The notes below the pieces were generated by a model that saw nothing but the letters and a program-made list of their open reading frames with translations, ran no database searches and was not told where the DNA came from. Position numbers and translations under genes: made by a program. Shown here in pieces: positions 1-9,512 of a stretch of DNA of 55,260 bases. Source of the DNA: Candidatus Bathyarchaeia archaeon (lineage in GTDB: Archaea > Thermoproteota > Bathyarchaeia > JBHIEI01); the NCBI GenBank assembly GCA_046760555.1, contig JBHIEI010000001.1, forward strand, positions 1 to 55,260, given 5' to 3'. Position 1 is the stretch's first letter, and every line of letters starts with the position of its first letter.

Positions 1-186
1 AGTCAGACTCATAGCGTTGACCTCTTTCACCTTCTTGGTCACCAGATCGACGGTGTGTCTCCCTGGGGGCTTGAGGTCGGGGCGTTCTGAAAGCAGCTTC
101 CCGATCACCGGCTCGACCTTGGCCCTGCCCCCGTGCTTTACGGCGTTCAAGAGCGCCGACTTCAGGACGACCTCTTCAACGCTCAA
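1..186 (-). CDS. gltX: glutamyl-tRNA synthetase, N-terminal 62 codons (gene runs off the left edge)
   Basis: Not in the ORF track because there is no stop in the window. The minus-strand frame is open from TTG at 186 to position 1 and reads MSVEEVVLKSALLNAVKHGGRAKVEPVIGKLLSERPDLKPPGRHTVDLVTKKVKEVNAMSLT. The ALLNAVKHGG-A...V-GK...E-P-L pattern matches the N-terminal extension of archaeal GluRS. The start lies 6 nt after the idsA stop. Confidence 0.5.
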   Translation of the reverse strand, partial: MSVEEVVLKSALLNAVKHGGRAKVEPVIGKLLSERPDLKPPGRHTVDLVTKKVKEVNAMSLT

Positions 187-191
187 CTCAA

Positions 192-1193
192 TTAGTACTC
201 ACGGGAGACGAAGAAATCGGCCAACTCGGCCAGATCACGCCTGGCCTTGGACGGTTGGAGTGCTCTCAGCGAACGCTTAGCCTCGGCAACGTAGGATCTC
301 GCCCTATCAAGGGTGAAGTCTATGGATCCCAGCGATCGTACGATCTCAATCACCTCGCTGACCTCCGAGGACTTGGCCTTCATGTCGCCGAGCGTTTTCC
401 CGATCCTCTCTCTCTGCGAGGGATCTCCACGCTTCAAGGCATGAATGATCATAAGAGTCATCTTTCCCTCCCGAACATCGCTTCCGATGGGCTTTCCCAA
501 TGCGCTCTCATCCCCCGTCATCCCCAGCACGTCATCCACGAGCTGGAAGGCGATCCCGGCATTGAGACCGTATTGACCCAAGGCCTCAACCTGCTCGGCT
601 GATCCACCACCCACCAGCCCTCCCACCTCGGCGGATACCTCGAACAGGGCAGCCGTTTTCCTCTCGATGACCTTGAGATAGTCCTCTTCGGTGGCATCGA
701 GTCTTCTCTCGTAGGAGAAGTCCAGCATCTGCCCCTCACATATCCTTACCACCGCATCGGTAACCCTCTTCAGCATCTCTGACACGGTTGAGGGGGGCAG
801 AGATCTGGATTCGAGGTACTGGATCAGGGCTTCATAGACCTTCGCGAACAACAAGTCCCCCGCGACGATGGCCATCGGGATCCCCCAAACCTTATGGACG
901 GTGGGAACTCCCCTCCTCGTCTCATCTCGATCCATTATGTCGTCATGGATCAGGGTGAACGTATGAAGTAGCTCGAGCCCAGCGGCCACGCGGAGAGCAT
1001 CCCTTGGGTCCCCTCCCACGGCCTCACAGGACCTTACGACGATGAACGGCCTGACCCTCTTTCCTCCAACCCGGATCACGTGTTTGGCCGCCTTGTAGAG
1101 CTCCTCCACCTCCTTACTTCCTCCGACTATCCCCTCAAGAAGATCGTCGACCTCCTTCCCCACGCCCCTGACTTGAGAGAGAAGATCAGCCAT
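192..1193 (-). CDS. idsA: geranylgeranyl diphosphate synthase (trans-polyprenyl synthetase)
   Basis: 333 aa. Both aspartate-rich motifs are present: LIHDDIMDRDETRRG and FQLVDDVLG. Sits next to the type-2 IPP isomerase. Confidence 0.9.
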   Translation of the reverse strand: MADLLSQVRGVGKEVDDLLEGIVGGSKEVEELYKAAKHVIRVGGKRVRPFIVVRSCEAVGGDPRDALRVAAGLELLHTFTLIHDDIMDRDETRRGVPTVHKVWGIPMAIVAGDLLFAKVYEALIQYLESRSLPPSTVSEMLKRVTDAVVRICEGQMLDFSYERRLDATEEDYLKVIERKTAALFEVSAEVGGLVGGGSAEQVEALGQYGLNAGIAFQLVDDVLGMTGDESALGKPIGSDVREGKMTLMIIHALKRGDPSQRERIGKTLGDMKAKSSEVSEVIEIVRSLGSIDFTLDRARSYVAEAKRSLRALQPSKARRDLAELADFFVSREY

Positions 1194-1196
1194 AGA

Positions 1197-2294
1197 TCAT
1201 CGCCTCACGTACCTTTCTGGGTTAAAACCCCTTAATCGAAGCCATTCACCCGTCCTAGCAGTTATGACGATCGGCGTCCTCTTCAATTCCTCTATGGATC
1301 TCGCTCCTACGAGGAACATGACCGTCCTTAACTCCTCGATGATTGACTGAAGGAAGCCCATTACGGCTCGTGTGCCCCTGACCGAGCACCGTAGCAGCGG
1401 GAGAGCCATCCCGACGCAGTCCGCTCCTAGAGCGATGGCCTTCGCTACGTCTATCCCGCTTCTGATCCCCCCCGAAGCAATAACGGTTCCATCAAACGAC
1501 TCCGCGACCTCCACTATGCTGACCGTTGTGGGGATCCCCCAGTTCCAGAAAGATCGACCCAGCCTCCTCTTGACTTCATCGCTCCTACTTTTCGCCCTAT
1601 AGTATTCAACCGCCGCCCAGCTCGTTCCTCCGCAGCCTGCCACATCGATCCCATGGATGCCGATCTTCTTCAGCAACTCGGCGTCCTCTTTCGACACTCC
1701 CGACCCTGTTTCCTTCACTATGGTTGGAACCCTAACCTCAGGGATTAGATCGGCCAATCTCTCCGCCACTCCCCGATAGCAGGTCTCGCCGCCCGGCTGA
1801 ACCACCTCCTGGAGGGGATTGGCGTGAAAGGCGATGGCGTCAGCGTCTATCATATCCACGATCTCATTCACTTCCTTGGCTCCGAATCCTCTGGATATCT
1901 GGGGGAAACCGACGTTGGCTACGATAAAGGCGTCCGGAGCTTTTTCCCTCACCGATCGGAATGAGGAGGCGAGTCTCCGCTCAGCCACGGCCATGCGTTG
2001 ACTTCCGACGCCCATGGCGATCTCGAGCCTCTCGGCTGACTCCGCGAGGGCAGCGTTGATCCTCTCTGCCTCCTTTACGCCCCCGGTCATCCCCTCGATG
2101 ATGATCGGGGCTCTGAGTTTCCGCCCAAAAAAAGGGGAGGAGATACCAACATCGTCTAGGTCCATCTCGGGAAGAGCTCGATGCACGAAGTGAATGTCGC
2201 TGAACCAATTCTTGTTAAGCGACTCTACGTATTCGTGAAGGCAGATTTCGATATGTTCCCGCTTTCTCTCTCTCGCGCTCGCCACCCTAATCAC
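1197..2294 (-). CDS. fni: isopentenyl-diphosphate delta-isomerase, type 2 (FMN-dependent)
   Basis: 365 aa TIM-barrel flavoprotein. N-terminus RKREHIEICL, then GCGGTSWAAVE and ASGGIRSG motifs typical of IDI-2. Confidence 0.9.
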   Translation of the reverse strand: MIRVASARERKREHIEICLHEYVESLNKNWFSDIHFVHRALPEMDLDDVGISSPFFGRKLRAPIIIEGMTGGVKEAERINAALAESAERLEIAMGVGSQRMAVAERRLASSFRSVREKAPDAFIVANVGFPQISRGFGAKEVNEIVDMIDADAIAFHANPLQEVVQPGGETCYRGVAERLADLIPEVRVPTIVKETGSGVSKEDAELLKKIGIHGIDVAGCGGTSWAAVEYYRAKSRSDEVKRRLGRSFWNWGIPTTVSIVEVAESFDGTVIASGGIRSGIDVAKAIALGADCVGMALPLLRCSVRGTRAVMGFLQSIIEELRTVMFLVGARSIEELKRTPIVITARTGEWLRLRGFNPERYVRR

Positions 2295-2389
2295 ACTAGC
2301 TTCTGGAACTTGTTAATGAGCATAATGCTGGGGCCTCCTTAAGGTTAACGGAACGCTGGAAGGATGCCTTCGCGACTAGCTTTGGTTGC

Positions 2390-2953
2390 TCACCTCTTCA
2401 GGATTCGAGTGGGACTCCCGCCGACAGAATAAGCGAGGCACCAACAAACGACGAGATAGGCGACCCCCACCACGAATTGGCTCGCCCAAGCGGTCATTCC
2501 ACGGTAGTGCGAAAGCACAAACAGCACGATGCCGAGACCGTACAGTGCTAGGGCGATCACCCTTCTACCTGCACTAACCCCTCTGACTCCTCCCCTCTCG
2601 GCCTCTGGAACGGATGGCAGCAGGGCAGGTGGGTATTTGGGGGTCGGAAGCAATAAGCGCTTCCCTTCCACCTCCTCCAGGTAGGAGTCCATTCCGCCCG
2701 CGAGGTAACCCATGACTCGAGAGGATAGTATAAACATCGTTCTACCCTTGTTCTGGTATTTCATGACAAAGCCCTTCTTCAGGAGCTCACCGATCCTGTA
2801 GTAGATGGATGAACGCGCTACACCGAGTTCGTTCGCTAGATCCCGAGCGCTCTTTGGGCCTTCCCACAGTTTCAGAGCGATGTCCAGACCCAGCCTATCG
2901 GGAAAGATGGTCGTGAGGAACTCCTGATACCGCTCCCTCGCCCCTTCCACCAT
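2390..2953 (-). CDS. winged-helix transcriptional regulator with C-terminal transmembrane helices
   Basis: 187 aa. The wHTH segment is SARDLANELGVARSSIYYRIGELLKKGFV. The C-terminus has two hydrophobic helices (VIALALYGLGIVLFVL; FVVGVAYLVVCWCLAY). Confidence 0.55.
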   Translation of the reverse strand: MVEGARERYQEFLTTIFPDRLGLDIALKLWEGPKSARDLANELGVARSSIYYRIGELLKKGFVMKYQNKGRTMFILSSRVMGYLAGGMDSYLEEVEGKRLLLPTPKYPPALLPSVPEAERGGVRGVSAGRRVIALALYGLGIVLFVLSHYRGMTAWASQFVVGVAYLVVCWCLAYSVGGSPTRILKR

Positions 2954-3095
2954 CTCTTGATTAGGATATGCTCGCTAAATGCTCTTTCGACGGTCGATGT
3001 GCCAAAGTGAGGAATGGTATCTCCCGATCCTCCAGATCAGGATGCATAGAAGCCAAGGACCTCGAATGAGAAAAATCCTCCCGACGTTATCGGGT

Positions 3096-3494
3096 CTACT
3101 TCTCGACCCTCATGATGAGCCTTCTTCCCATGAGTTGCCAGTACTCCACGTTGATTCCCGACGTGAGCTCCCCCTTCAGCTCGTCTTGGATAGGCATTTC
3201 GAAGGTCTCGTAGGTCTCCAGATCCATCAGCTGAACGATGCCTCGACCAGTGTCCATATACGTGACGGTAGCCTTGCCCTTGGCGATGATGGGTACGTCG
3301 ACCTTGGTATCCACGGGATAAACCACGCTACGCTTCTTGCTATCCAATAGACCGATGGCTACGATCCTTACCTTAGCGCCCCCGTGCTTTCCTGGGGCCG
3401 ATCTGGCGACCTCAACCACCCGGCAGGGCTCACCTTCTAGCACGATGAAACCACCCCTCTTCATGCTCCCGGCGGTTACTAACTTGGTCGACAC
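3096..3494 (-). CDS. eif5a: translation initiation factor 5A (aIF5A)
   Basis: 132 aa. Hypusination loop APGKHGGAKVR, with SH3-like and OB architecture. Confidence 0.9.
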   Translation of the reverse strand: MSTKLVTAGSMKRGGFIVLEGEPCRVVEVARSAPGKHGGAKVRIVAIGLLDSKKRSVVYPVDTKVDVPIIAKGKATVTYMDTGRGIVQLMDLETYETFEMPIQDELKGELTSGINVEYWQLMGRRLIMRVEK

Positions 3495-3520
3495 CCGAAT
3501 CGTGAATATATATCCCGTTT

Positions 3521-4378
3521 ATGTTAAAGTTACTTCGAGTGTCGAGGCAAGCTAAAAGCGTGGGTATCGTTTCCCGGGTGGATCTGGATCGAGCGATCGA
3601 TCTATCAACCAAGATTTTCCACCACCTCAAGTCCAGAGGGGTCTCCATCGCCTGCGAGCCCAAAGTGGCCTCGATCCTCGGTGCCCAGCCCGTCAAGGTG
3701 GAGGACATGGACGTGGACTTTGTGCTAGCCATAGGCGGTGACGGGACGATTCTCAGAACAAACATGTCGATACCAAAACCGACGCCGATCTTGGGCGTTA
3801 ACTTGGGCTTTCGTGCCTTTCTCGCGACCGTCAGTCCCGAAAAGGCCATTGAAGCCGTGGATCAAGCACTTGCAGGAGGCTACACCCTAGAGGAGCACAT
3901 CCTTCTAGCCTGTGAGGTGGATGGTGCCCCCCAACCCAACGCTCTTAACGAGGTGCTCATAGGCTCGAGATCCCGATCCAAGATCATCCAGATCGAAGTC
4001 CTAAAGAACGGGATCGAGGTCTTTAGGCGATTCGCCGACGGCATCATCGTAGCCACCCCCACTGGATCCACGGCATACTCATTATCAGCTGGTGGCTCGG
4101 TACTCGATCCCGAAATCGAGGGTTTTGTTCTTACACCACTGTGCCCCATCCCCTTCATGCCCCCCATCGTTGTTCCCACAGATAGCAAAATCGAGGTTGA
4201 GCTCCTTGGACCGGGAGGGGGCGTGTTGGTGGTGGATGGACGGCAAACCAAGGTACTAAGGCCCGCCGAAACCGTAACCCTGACGAAGGCTGAGCGAAAA
4301 GCCTCATTCATCCGATTAGAGAGAAGGGACTTCTACGGCGATTTTCAGGATCGTGTTCTTCACTCCAAGAGGGAGTAA
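3521..4378 (+). CDS. nadK: NAD kinase
   Basis: 285 aa with GGDGTILR, NEVLI and TPTGSTAYSLSAGG motifs. Confidence 0.85.
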   Translation: MLKLLRVSRQAKSVGIVSRVDLDRAIDLSTKIFHHLKSRGVSIACEPKVASILGAQPVKVEDMDVDFVLAIGGDGTILRTNMSIPKPTPILGVNLGFRAFLATVSPEKAIEAVDQALAGGYTLEEHILLACEVDGAPQPNALNEVLIGSRSRSKIIQIEVLKNGIEVFRRFADGIIVATPTGSTAYSLSAGGSVLDPEIEGFVLTPLCPIPFMPPIVVPTDSKIEVELLGPGGGVLVVDGRQTKVLRPAETVTLTKAERKASFIRLERRDFYGDFQDRVLHSKRE

Positions 4379-4537
4379 ATGAAGATCTGAACAATCGCGG
4401 ACGATGCGAGGAGAAGTCGAGGTATTTACACAGAGGGTTCGCGTACATCCCCGCTTCTGCGTGCAACGACAAGTTTCTGTGGAGTCTCACCACTCCAATT
4501 CAACAAGGTTGGCGGTGGCTGTTAGGAAGGGGAAGAG

Positions 4538-5239
4538 TCATGAAGCCTCCTTGCCCCGTCCTCTCCTCCTCGCCATCTCCTCGGCTAGTTCACTCACCGA
4601 TTTGCCCTCTGTCTCTATCCCCAACCTCTTCGCGGCTTCCTTGATCGCTGCCTCGTATTCTTCCTCTGTTTTCCCTTCAATCCCAGTTACTTCCTTTTTG
4701 ATCGTGTATATCGCCTTCCCGATAGACCTAGCGATCTCCGGGATTCTAGAGGGCCTGGCGACCTCATGGGTTCTAGTGGGTCTAGCGATCTCCGGGATTC
4801 TGGTGTAAGCCAGGGAGCCTAGGAACGTCAACATCAAGCCGATGACTGTCATGATAAGAGGGTCGACCAACTCTACAAGGGTTGCTCTTCCCTGCATCAA
4901 ATGGGGAATGATCAGTACGGCCAATGACAGTATCACCATCACAGCTCCTGTGAGAGCGGCAGCGGGTGACGCCCATTTCCTACCTCTCCAACAGTGAGGA
5001 ATGAGGAAACCCCAGAGTGCGATGATGGACATGACTATGAGCGGAACCATGCTCACCTCCAGAACAGCCCTCGACTCTATCGAGAAGAGATAGATCATCC
5101 AGACTATCCCTATCAGTAGGGTGGTAGAGACCAGCTTACTCCAGATTCCAGAATTTTCGGGTGGTATACAAAAAATCGAAACGAGAGCTAAAATCTTTTG
5201 ACAGAATCTCCCATAGATCTGCGCTAATTCCCTTAGCAT
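4538..5239 (-). CDS. integral membrane protein with repeat linker and charged helical C-terminal domain
   Basis: 233 aa. About five hydrophobic helices, then RIPEIAR...RIPEIAR repeats, then the tail EEEYEAAIKEAAKRLGIETEGKSVSELAEEMARRRG. No family recognised. Confidence 0.5.
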   Translation of the reverse strand: MLRELAQIYGRFCQKILALVSIFCIPPENSGIWSKLVSTTLLIGIVWMIYLFSIESRAVLEVSMVPLIVMSIIALWGFLIPHCWRGRKWASPAAALTGAVMVILSLAVLIIPHLMQGRATLVELVDPLIMTVIGLMLTFLGSLAYTRIPEIARPTRTHEVARPSRIPEIARSIGKAIYTIKKEVTGIEGKTEEEYEAAIKEAAKRLGIETEGKSVSELAEEMARRRGRGKEAS

Positions 5240-5590
5240 CTATCAGAGAGCGTGCCCATGCCTCGCTCGAGCGATGGTCCCTAGGTCATCAACTGCCATT
5301 AAAGGTTGAGCCTAGGGGCAAATTGGTCCCAAAGTGCTCTGGATCCCTGACGTTATTGGGGGTGAGTGTCACATACGCAACCATCCCGAAGGCTCATCGA
5401 TCGATGGACCAATTTACGAAGGGTGACAGAGAAGAGAGTGGGCAAGGCACGAGCTCGAAAGTTAGTATCATATCATAAACATCCTGGGCATGGTCGCGGT
5501 GTAGCGGAGGGCTCGTTGCTGCACTGTTCCTGTGGAAAGGTGCCATTAGGGAATGACGTTTGGATTAGAGGTGTCTTTCGGCATTATACC

Positions 5591-7357
5591 TTAGTTTCTA
5601 GACTCGTTGGAGCGATGTCTAGCCAGTTCATGCCCCTTGATTATGTCTCTCTTGGTTAATATCCCGACCAGCTTCTTGGGATCCTGAAGATCCACCACAG
5701 GTAGATGCCCATATCCACTCTCATCTATCATATGCAGAGCGGTGTCGAGCCGTTCCTCAGGGGTTAGGGTGAGAAGCTTCGTCGACATGGTGTCCTCCAC
5801 TTTTTTCTTATCTATCTCATCATCGGGTACTCGGAGGTAATCCCTCAGGGAAACGATGCCGACCAGCTGCCCGTTTTTCAGTACAGGATAGGCTAGATGA
5901 CCTTCTGATCTAAGAAGCTTACCGAATTCCCTTACGGATGTGCTGGGCGAGACCGTCACCACTTTGTCGGTCATAACGTCCTTGACCTTCATCTGCTCCA
6001 GTAGGTCGATGCTGTATTCTCCCCGATGGGCGGGGGATTCCGCGCGATTCAAGGTTTGATTTTCATAGATCGTCCATCTTCCCGAAATTATGTAGGAAAG
6101 AGCACATGCCACCATTAATGGCGCAAGCAAGGTGTAGTCCCCTGTCATTTCGGACACCATGATCAAGGCTGCTATTGGGACCTTTGCTGCGCCAGAGAAA
6201 AGAGCGGCCATCCCGACAAGTACAAATGCACCAGGCTCGACGGCTGGGAGGATTGCCCTAAAAACTGTGCCCAAAACTCCACCCAGCATGGCTCCGATAA
6301 CCAAAGATGGCGCAAAGACACCTCCACTCCCTCCCGAGCTGATGGTAAAACTGGTGGCAAAGATCTTCGCAAAACATAGGATGATCATGGCTGATAATGC
6401 CAGCTGACCATAAATTGCCATCTGGATCCAACCGTAGCCCATTCCAAGGGCTTCGGGCACAAACAATGCCAAAATACCAAGCATGCCTCCACCTATAGCC
6501 GGCTTCAGGTGATTTGGCAGGTTTATTCTTCTAAATAATTTGTCTCGCAGTCCATAGAAGACGTAGACATAAAACCTCGAAACTGGGCCGCATATCAACC
6601 CCAAAATTGCGTAGAAAACGATCTCAAGGGGATGACCGAACACAAACTTGGGCGTAGTGAAAATTGGTGTGAAGCCCACTCCTGGAAAGGACGCAAAGAC
6701 GCAATATGCTACTACGGAAGATATAAAAACGGGAATCAATGCCTCAGCTTCGAAGTCGCGTCTATAAAGCACCTCAGTGCCAAAAATAGCCCCACCCAGT
6801 GGAGCCTTAAAAATGCTGCCGATACCTGCTGCTGCTCCGCAAACCATCACCAGCTCTCGGTCGCGGACGCCAAGCTTTAACGCTGAAGCAAGCCACGAAC
6901 CGAATCCGCCTCCAATCTGAGCTATTGGCCCTTCCCTCCCAGCACTACCACCGGAACCTATAGTTATCAGAGAAGCCACCGTCTTGACCAGAGGAACCCT
7001 TTTTCTGATTACTCCGTGTAACCTGTGGAAAGAGGCTATGACCGCATCGGTTCCATGTCCCTCGGCCTCAGGGGCACAAGAATATATGATTATACCAGAA
7101 ATTAACCCTCCGATTGCTGGCAGAAAAGCAAGCACCCACCAGGGCGACATACTACTTTGCCCCAGAAACGTCGAACTACTCTCCCCTCCTGGTAAAGGGG
7201 GATGATAGCCACCTAAAAATCCAAGAAAGAATTCACTGCTCAGCCTGAGAAGGAAATAGAAGGCTGTGGATCCGATACCGCTGACTATGCCCACTATTGT
7301 TCCGAAAAGAACCCAACGTTGGAGAAATGTTAGGTATGCGGGCAATCTACTCTTCAT
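5591..7357 (-). CDS. ClC-type voltage-gated chloride channel/antiporter with C-terminal CBS pair
   Basis: 588 aa. ClC selectivity motifs GSGGSAGREGP and GGVFAPSL, followed by two CBS repeats (VKDVMTDKVVTV..., VEDTMSTKLLTL...). Confidence 0.9.
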   Translation of the reverse strand: MKSRLPAYLTFLQRWVLFGTIVGIVSGIGSTAFYFLLRLSSEFFLGFLGGYHPPLPGGESSSTFLGQSSMSPWWVLAFLPAIGGLISGIIIYSCAPEAEGHGTDAVIASFHRLHGVIRKRVPLVKTVASLITIGSGGSAGREGPIAQIGGGFGSWLASALKLGVRDRELVMVCGAAAGIGSIFKAPLGGAIFGTEVLYRRDFEAEALIPVFISSVVAYCVFASFPGVGFTPIFTTPKFVFGHPLEIVFYAILGLICGPVSRFYVYVFYGLRDKLFRRINLPNHLKPAIGGGMLGILALFVPEALGMGYGWIQMAIYGQLALSAMIILCFAKIFATSFTISSGGSGGVFAPSLVIGAMLGGVLGTVFRAILPAVEPGAFVLVGMAALFSGAAKVPIAALIMVSEMTGDYTLLAPLMVACALSYIISGRWTIYENQTLNRAESPAHRGEYSIDLLEQMKVKDVMTDKVVTVSPSTSVREFGKLLRSEGHLAYPVLKNGQLVGIVSLRDYLRVPDDEIDKKKVEDTMSTKLLTLTPEERLDTALHMIDESGYGHLPVVDLQDPKKLVGILTKRDIIKGHELARHRSNESRN

Positions 7358-7925
7358 CGTTTCGGTCGCACCCTATCCCTTCTCCCCTTCAGTCTGCTCA
7401 ATAACCATTATGCCACCGCGTAATCCCAACACGTAACATAAGGTGTGTGGATGAGTGACATGATCCAGCAAAGCATCTTCTGCTCTGAGATTTCACCGTT
7501 CATTATTTTTACTTCTGAGTCTCTTCATTTTGTCTTGGCTTCCTAAGCTCTATAAGGTGGAACCTCCAGCTGCCATATCAATTTGCACTATAAGAAAATT
7601 CATCGTGAAACATAGTAAAAAATCTAGTCCCTCCTAAACCCTCATACAGTAAGGGGCTGCGGAGGTAACCTCTCCTCATTCTACGCGGGCACTCCCGGAT
7701 AGCTCTATTCACCGAACAAAGCCTGAAGCTTCAAAGGACCTCTGTCCATTGGCATTTTGATGGCGGGCGGAGGCTCGATCGGATGGAAACCGGTCTGGAG
7801 CGCCGAACAAGACACTACAACGCTGAAATCACGTCAGGAATCGAAGCATTTGGAACGGAAAAGGATCGTGGCTAGGCTTTCGTCCAAATACTGAATAGCT
7901 ACCGCGTACGTTCTAGAATAAGTGG

Positions 7926-8429
7926 ATGCCCATGACAAAAGTTGGGATCATCGCGGATACCCATGACAACATCGTCGCCGCTGATAGCGCCATAGATCTC
8001 TTTAACTCCAGGGGCGTCGAACTCGTCATCCATGCTGGGGACTGGAATGCTCCGTTTACCCTAGCGAGGTTCGCGAAGTCAAAGACAAGGGTGATAGGGG
8101 TCTTTGGCAACATCGATGGTGATCGGGACGCGCTCCTCTCTAGGGCCGAAAGGATAGGGGTGCAGATCCTAGGGAACTTGGCAGAGGTCGAGGTCGGAGG
8201 AGTAAAGATCGCGGTTATCCATGGGAAGGACGAAAGGGTTGTGGAAGCCCTAGCCAAGAGCGGTACGTACGGCATCGTGATCCGAGGACACACCCATAGG
8301 CCCGATGTCAGATCAATGGGACCGACGCTGGTGATAAATCCTGGAGAGGCATGCGGTTACTTAACGGGTAAGAGAACGATCGCTGTGCTGGACACGGACA
8401 CACTCGGGACAGAGATCGTCGAGATATGA
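7926..8429 (+). CDS. MJ0936/YfcE-family metallophosphoesterase
   Basis: 167 aa with IIADTHDN, HAGDW, VFGNIDG, VIHG and RGHTH metal-ligand motifs. Confidence 0.8.
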   Translation: MPMTKVGIIADTHDNIVAADSAIDLFNSRGVELVIHAGDWNAPFTLARFAKSKTRVIGVFGNIDGDRDALLSRAERIGVQILGNLAEVEVGGVKIAVIHGKDERVVEALAKSGTYGIVIRGHTHRPDVRSMGPTLVINPGEACGYLTGKRTIAVLDTDTLGTEIVEI

Positions 8430-8437
8430 GTGACGAC

Positions 8438-9511
8438 TCAGGATACGATCTCCATCTTCTCCGGTATGTACTTGTCAACCACGTAGGTGAGCCCGTAGCG
8501 GGCGAACGCCTCTTGCTCCGCCTTCTTCTTTATCTTGAAGAACGTATCTATCTCTCGCTTCCATAGCTCGCCACCATATCGGGGATCCCTCCTTAACTCC
8601 TGGAGTCGCTTGATATCCAGGTTGGTCAGCGGGTCGGTCGGCAGGTCGTACTTGACTATATCGCTTGCCCAGACACCAGCCCATTTGGCCGAAGGAGTCG
8701 CGAGCTCCGGTATGTGTGCTGCTAACGCCGAACCCGATATGATGACCATCGCGATGTGAACCCCCCACGGATCGCTGTCGGTATAGATGTAGACGGGCAG
8801 CCCAAGCTCATCGTTAAGCCTATGAATCAGTGCTCTCGATGCCCTGGGAGCCTGTCCCGCTGTGTGAACCACGAGGGCGTTGAACCTCTCATGTGCCCTC
8901 TCCTCCACGAGGCGGGTAAACAGGGCGCCCTTCTCAACCACGATAACCTTGTCCGCGCTCGTCTCCACGAACTCAGAGGTCGACAGGGCGGGTCCGATCA
9001 TCACCCCGTCCGGGTGAATGGTGAGGTTTATCTGCTTCCCCTCGTACCCCTTCGTCGTGTACTCGATGGTCAAGTCTCCAAAGATGGCGCTCCTTTGCTC
9101 GGGGTAGACATTGAAGTCCTCCCTAGGGTGGGAGATAACGGTCTCGAGATCGGTGATAATGTTATTCGACTCGCTCTGGTCCTTGAACTTCATGCCGTAC
9201 GCCTGTGCGGAATAGAATACATCCCTAAGGGTACTGGTCTTCGATTTCTTCATGAGATCGTGGACGAAGTGGGCGGCCCACGCTAACTGGCTGAAGGGCC
9301 TCAGGTGGCGTAAGTTTCGGGTGCTCCTTCTGACCCGTCTGTCACCCAAGACGAAATGTTTCAGCTCACCGTCGTAGCGAATATTGTCGATGGACCTGCT
9401 AGGAAATGTTACCCATGGGAAGTTTCCGTTCGTCATGTCATCATACCAGGTCTCTCCGAGTCCCCTGAGTCTCCTAAGGGTATCCGTCCTTCTCAGCTCA
9501 GCCTTCTTCAT
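8438..9511 (-). CDS. top6A: DNA topoisomerase VI subunit A (Spo11 homologue)
   Basis: 357 aa. Has the 5Y-CAP region and Toprim motifs VIVVEKGALF and YIYTDSDPWG. Lies directly downstream of top6B. Confidence 0.92.
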   Translation of the reverse strand: MKKAELRRTDTLRRLRGLGETWYDDMTNGNFPWVTFPSRSIDNIRYDGELKHFVLGDRRVRRSTRNLRHLRPFSQLAWAAHFVHDLMKKSKTSTLRDVFYSAQAYGMKFKDQSESNNIITDLETVISHPREDFNVYPEQRSAIFGDLTIEYTTKGYEGKQINLTIHPDGVMIGPALSTSEFVETSADKVIVVEKGALFTRLVEERAHERFNALVVHTAGQAPRASRALIHRLNDELGLPVYIYTDSDPWGVHIAMVIISGSALAAHIPELATPSAKWAGVWASDIVKYDLPTDPLTNLDIKRLQELRRDPRYGGELWKREIDTFFKIKKKAEQEAFARYGLTYVVDKYIPEKMEIVS

Positions 9512-9512
9512 G

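Noticed and set aside
5240-5590. 350-bp spacer between two minus-strand membrane genes, examined for a tRNA, sRNA or small ORF
   Set aside because: Only weak ORFs of 50 aa or fewer with no recognisable features are present. I found no T-loop or C/D-box pattern.
7760-7894. 44-codon ORF (MAGGGSIGWKPVWSAEQDTTTLKSRQESKHLERKRIVARLSSKY) in the long intergenic gap
   Set aside because: It has no RBS or TATA at a sensible distance, no recognisable domain, and unremarkable composition. It is kept only as part of the unexplained-gap finding.
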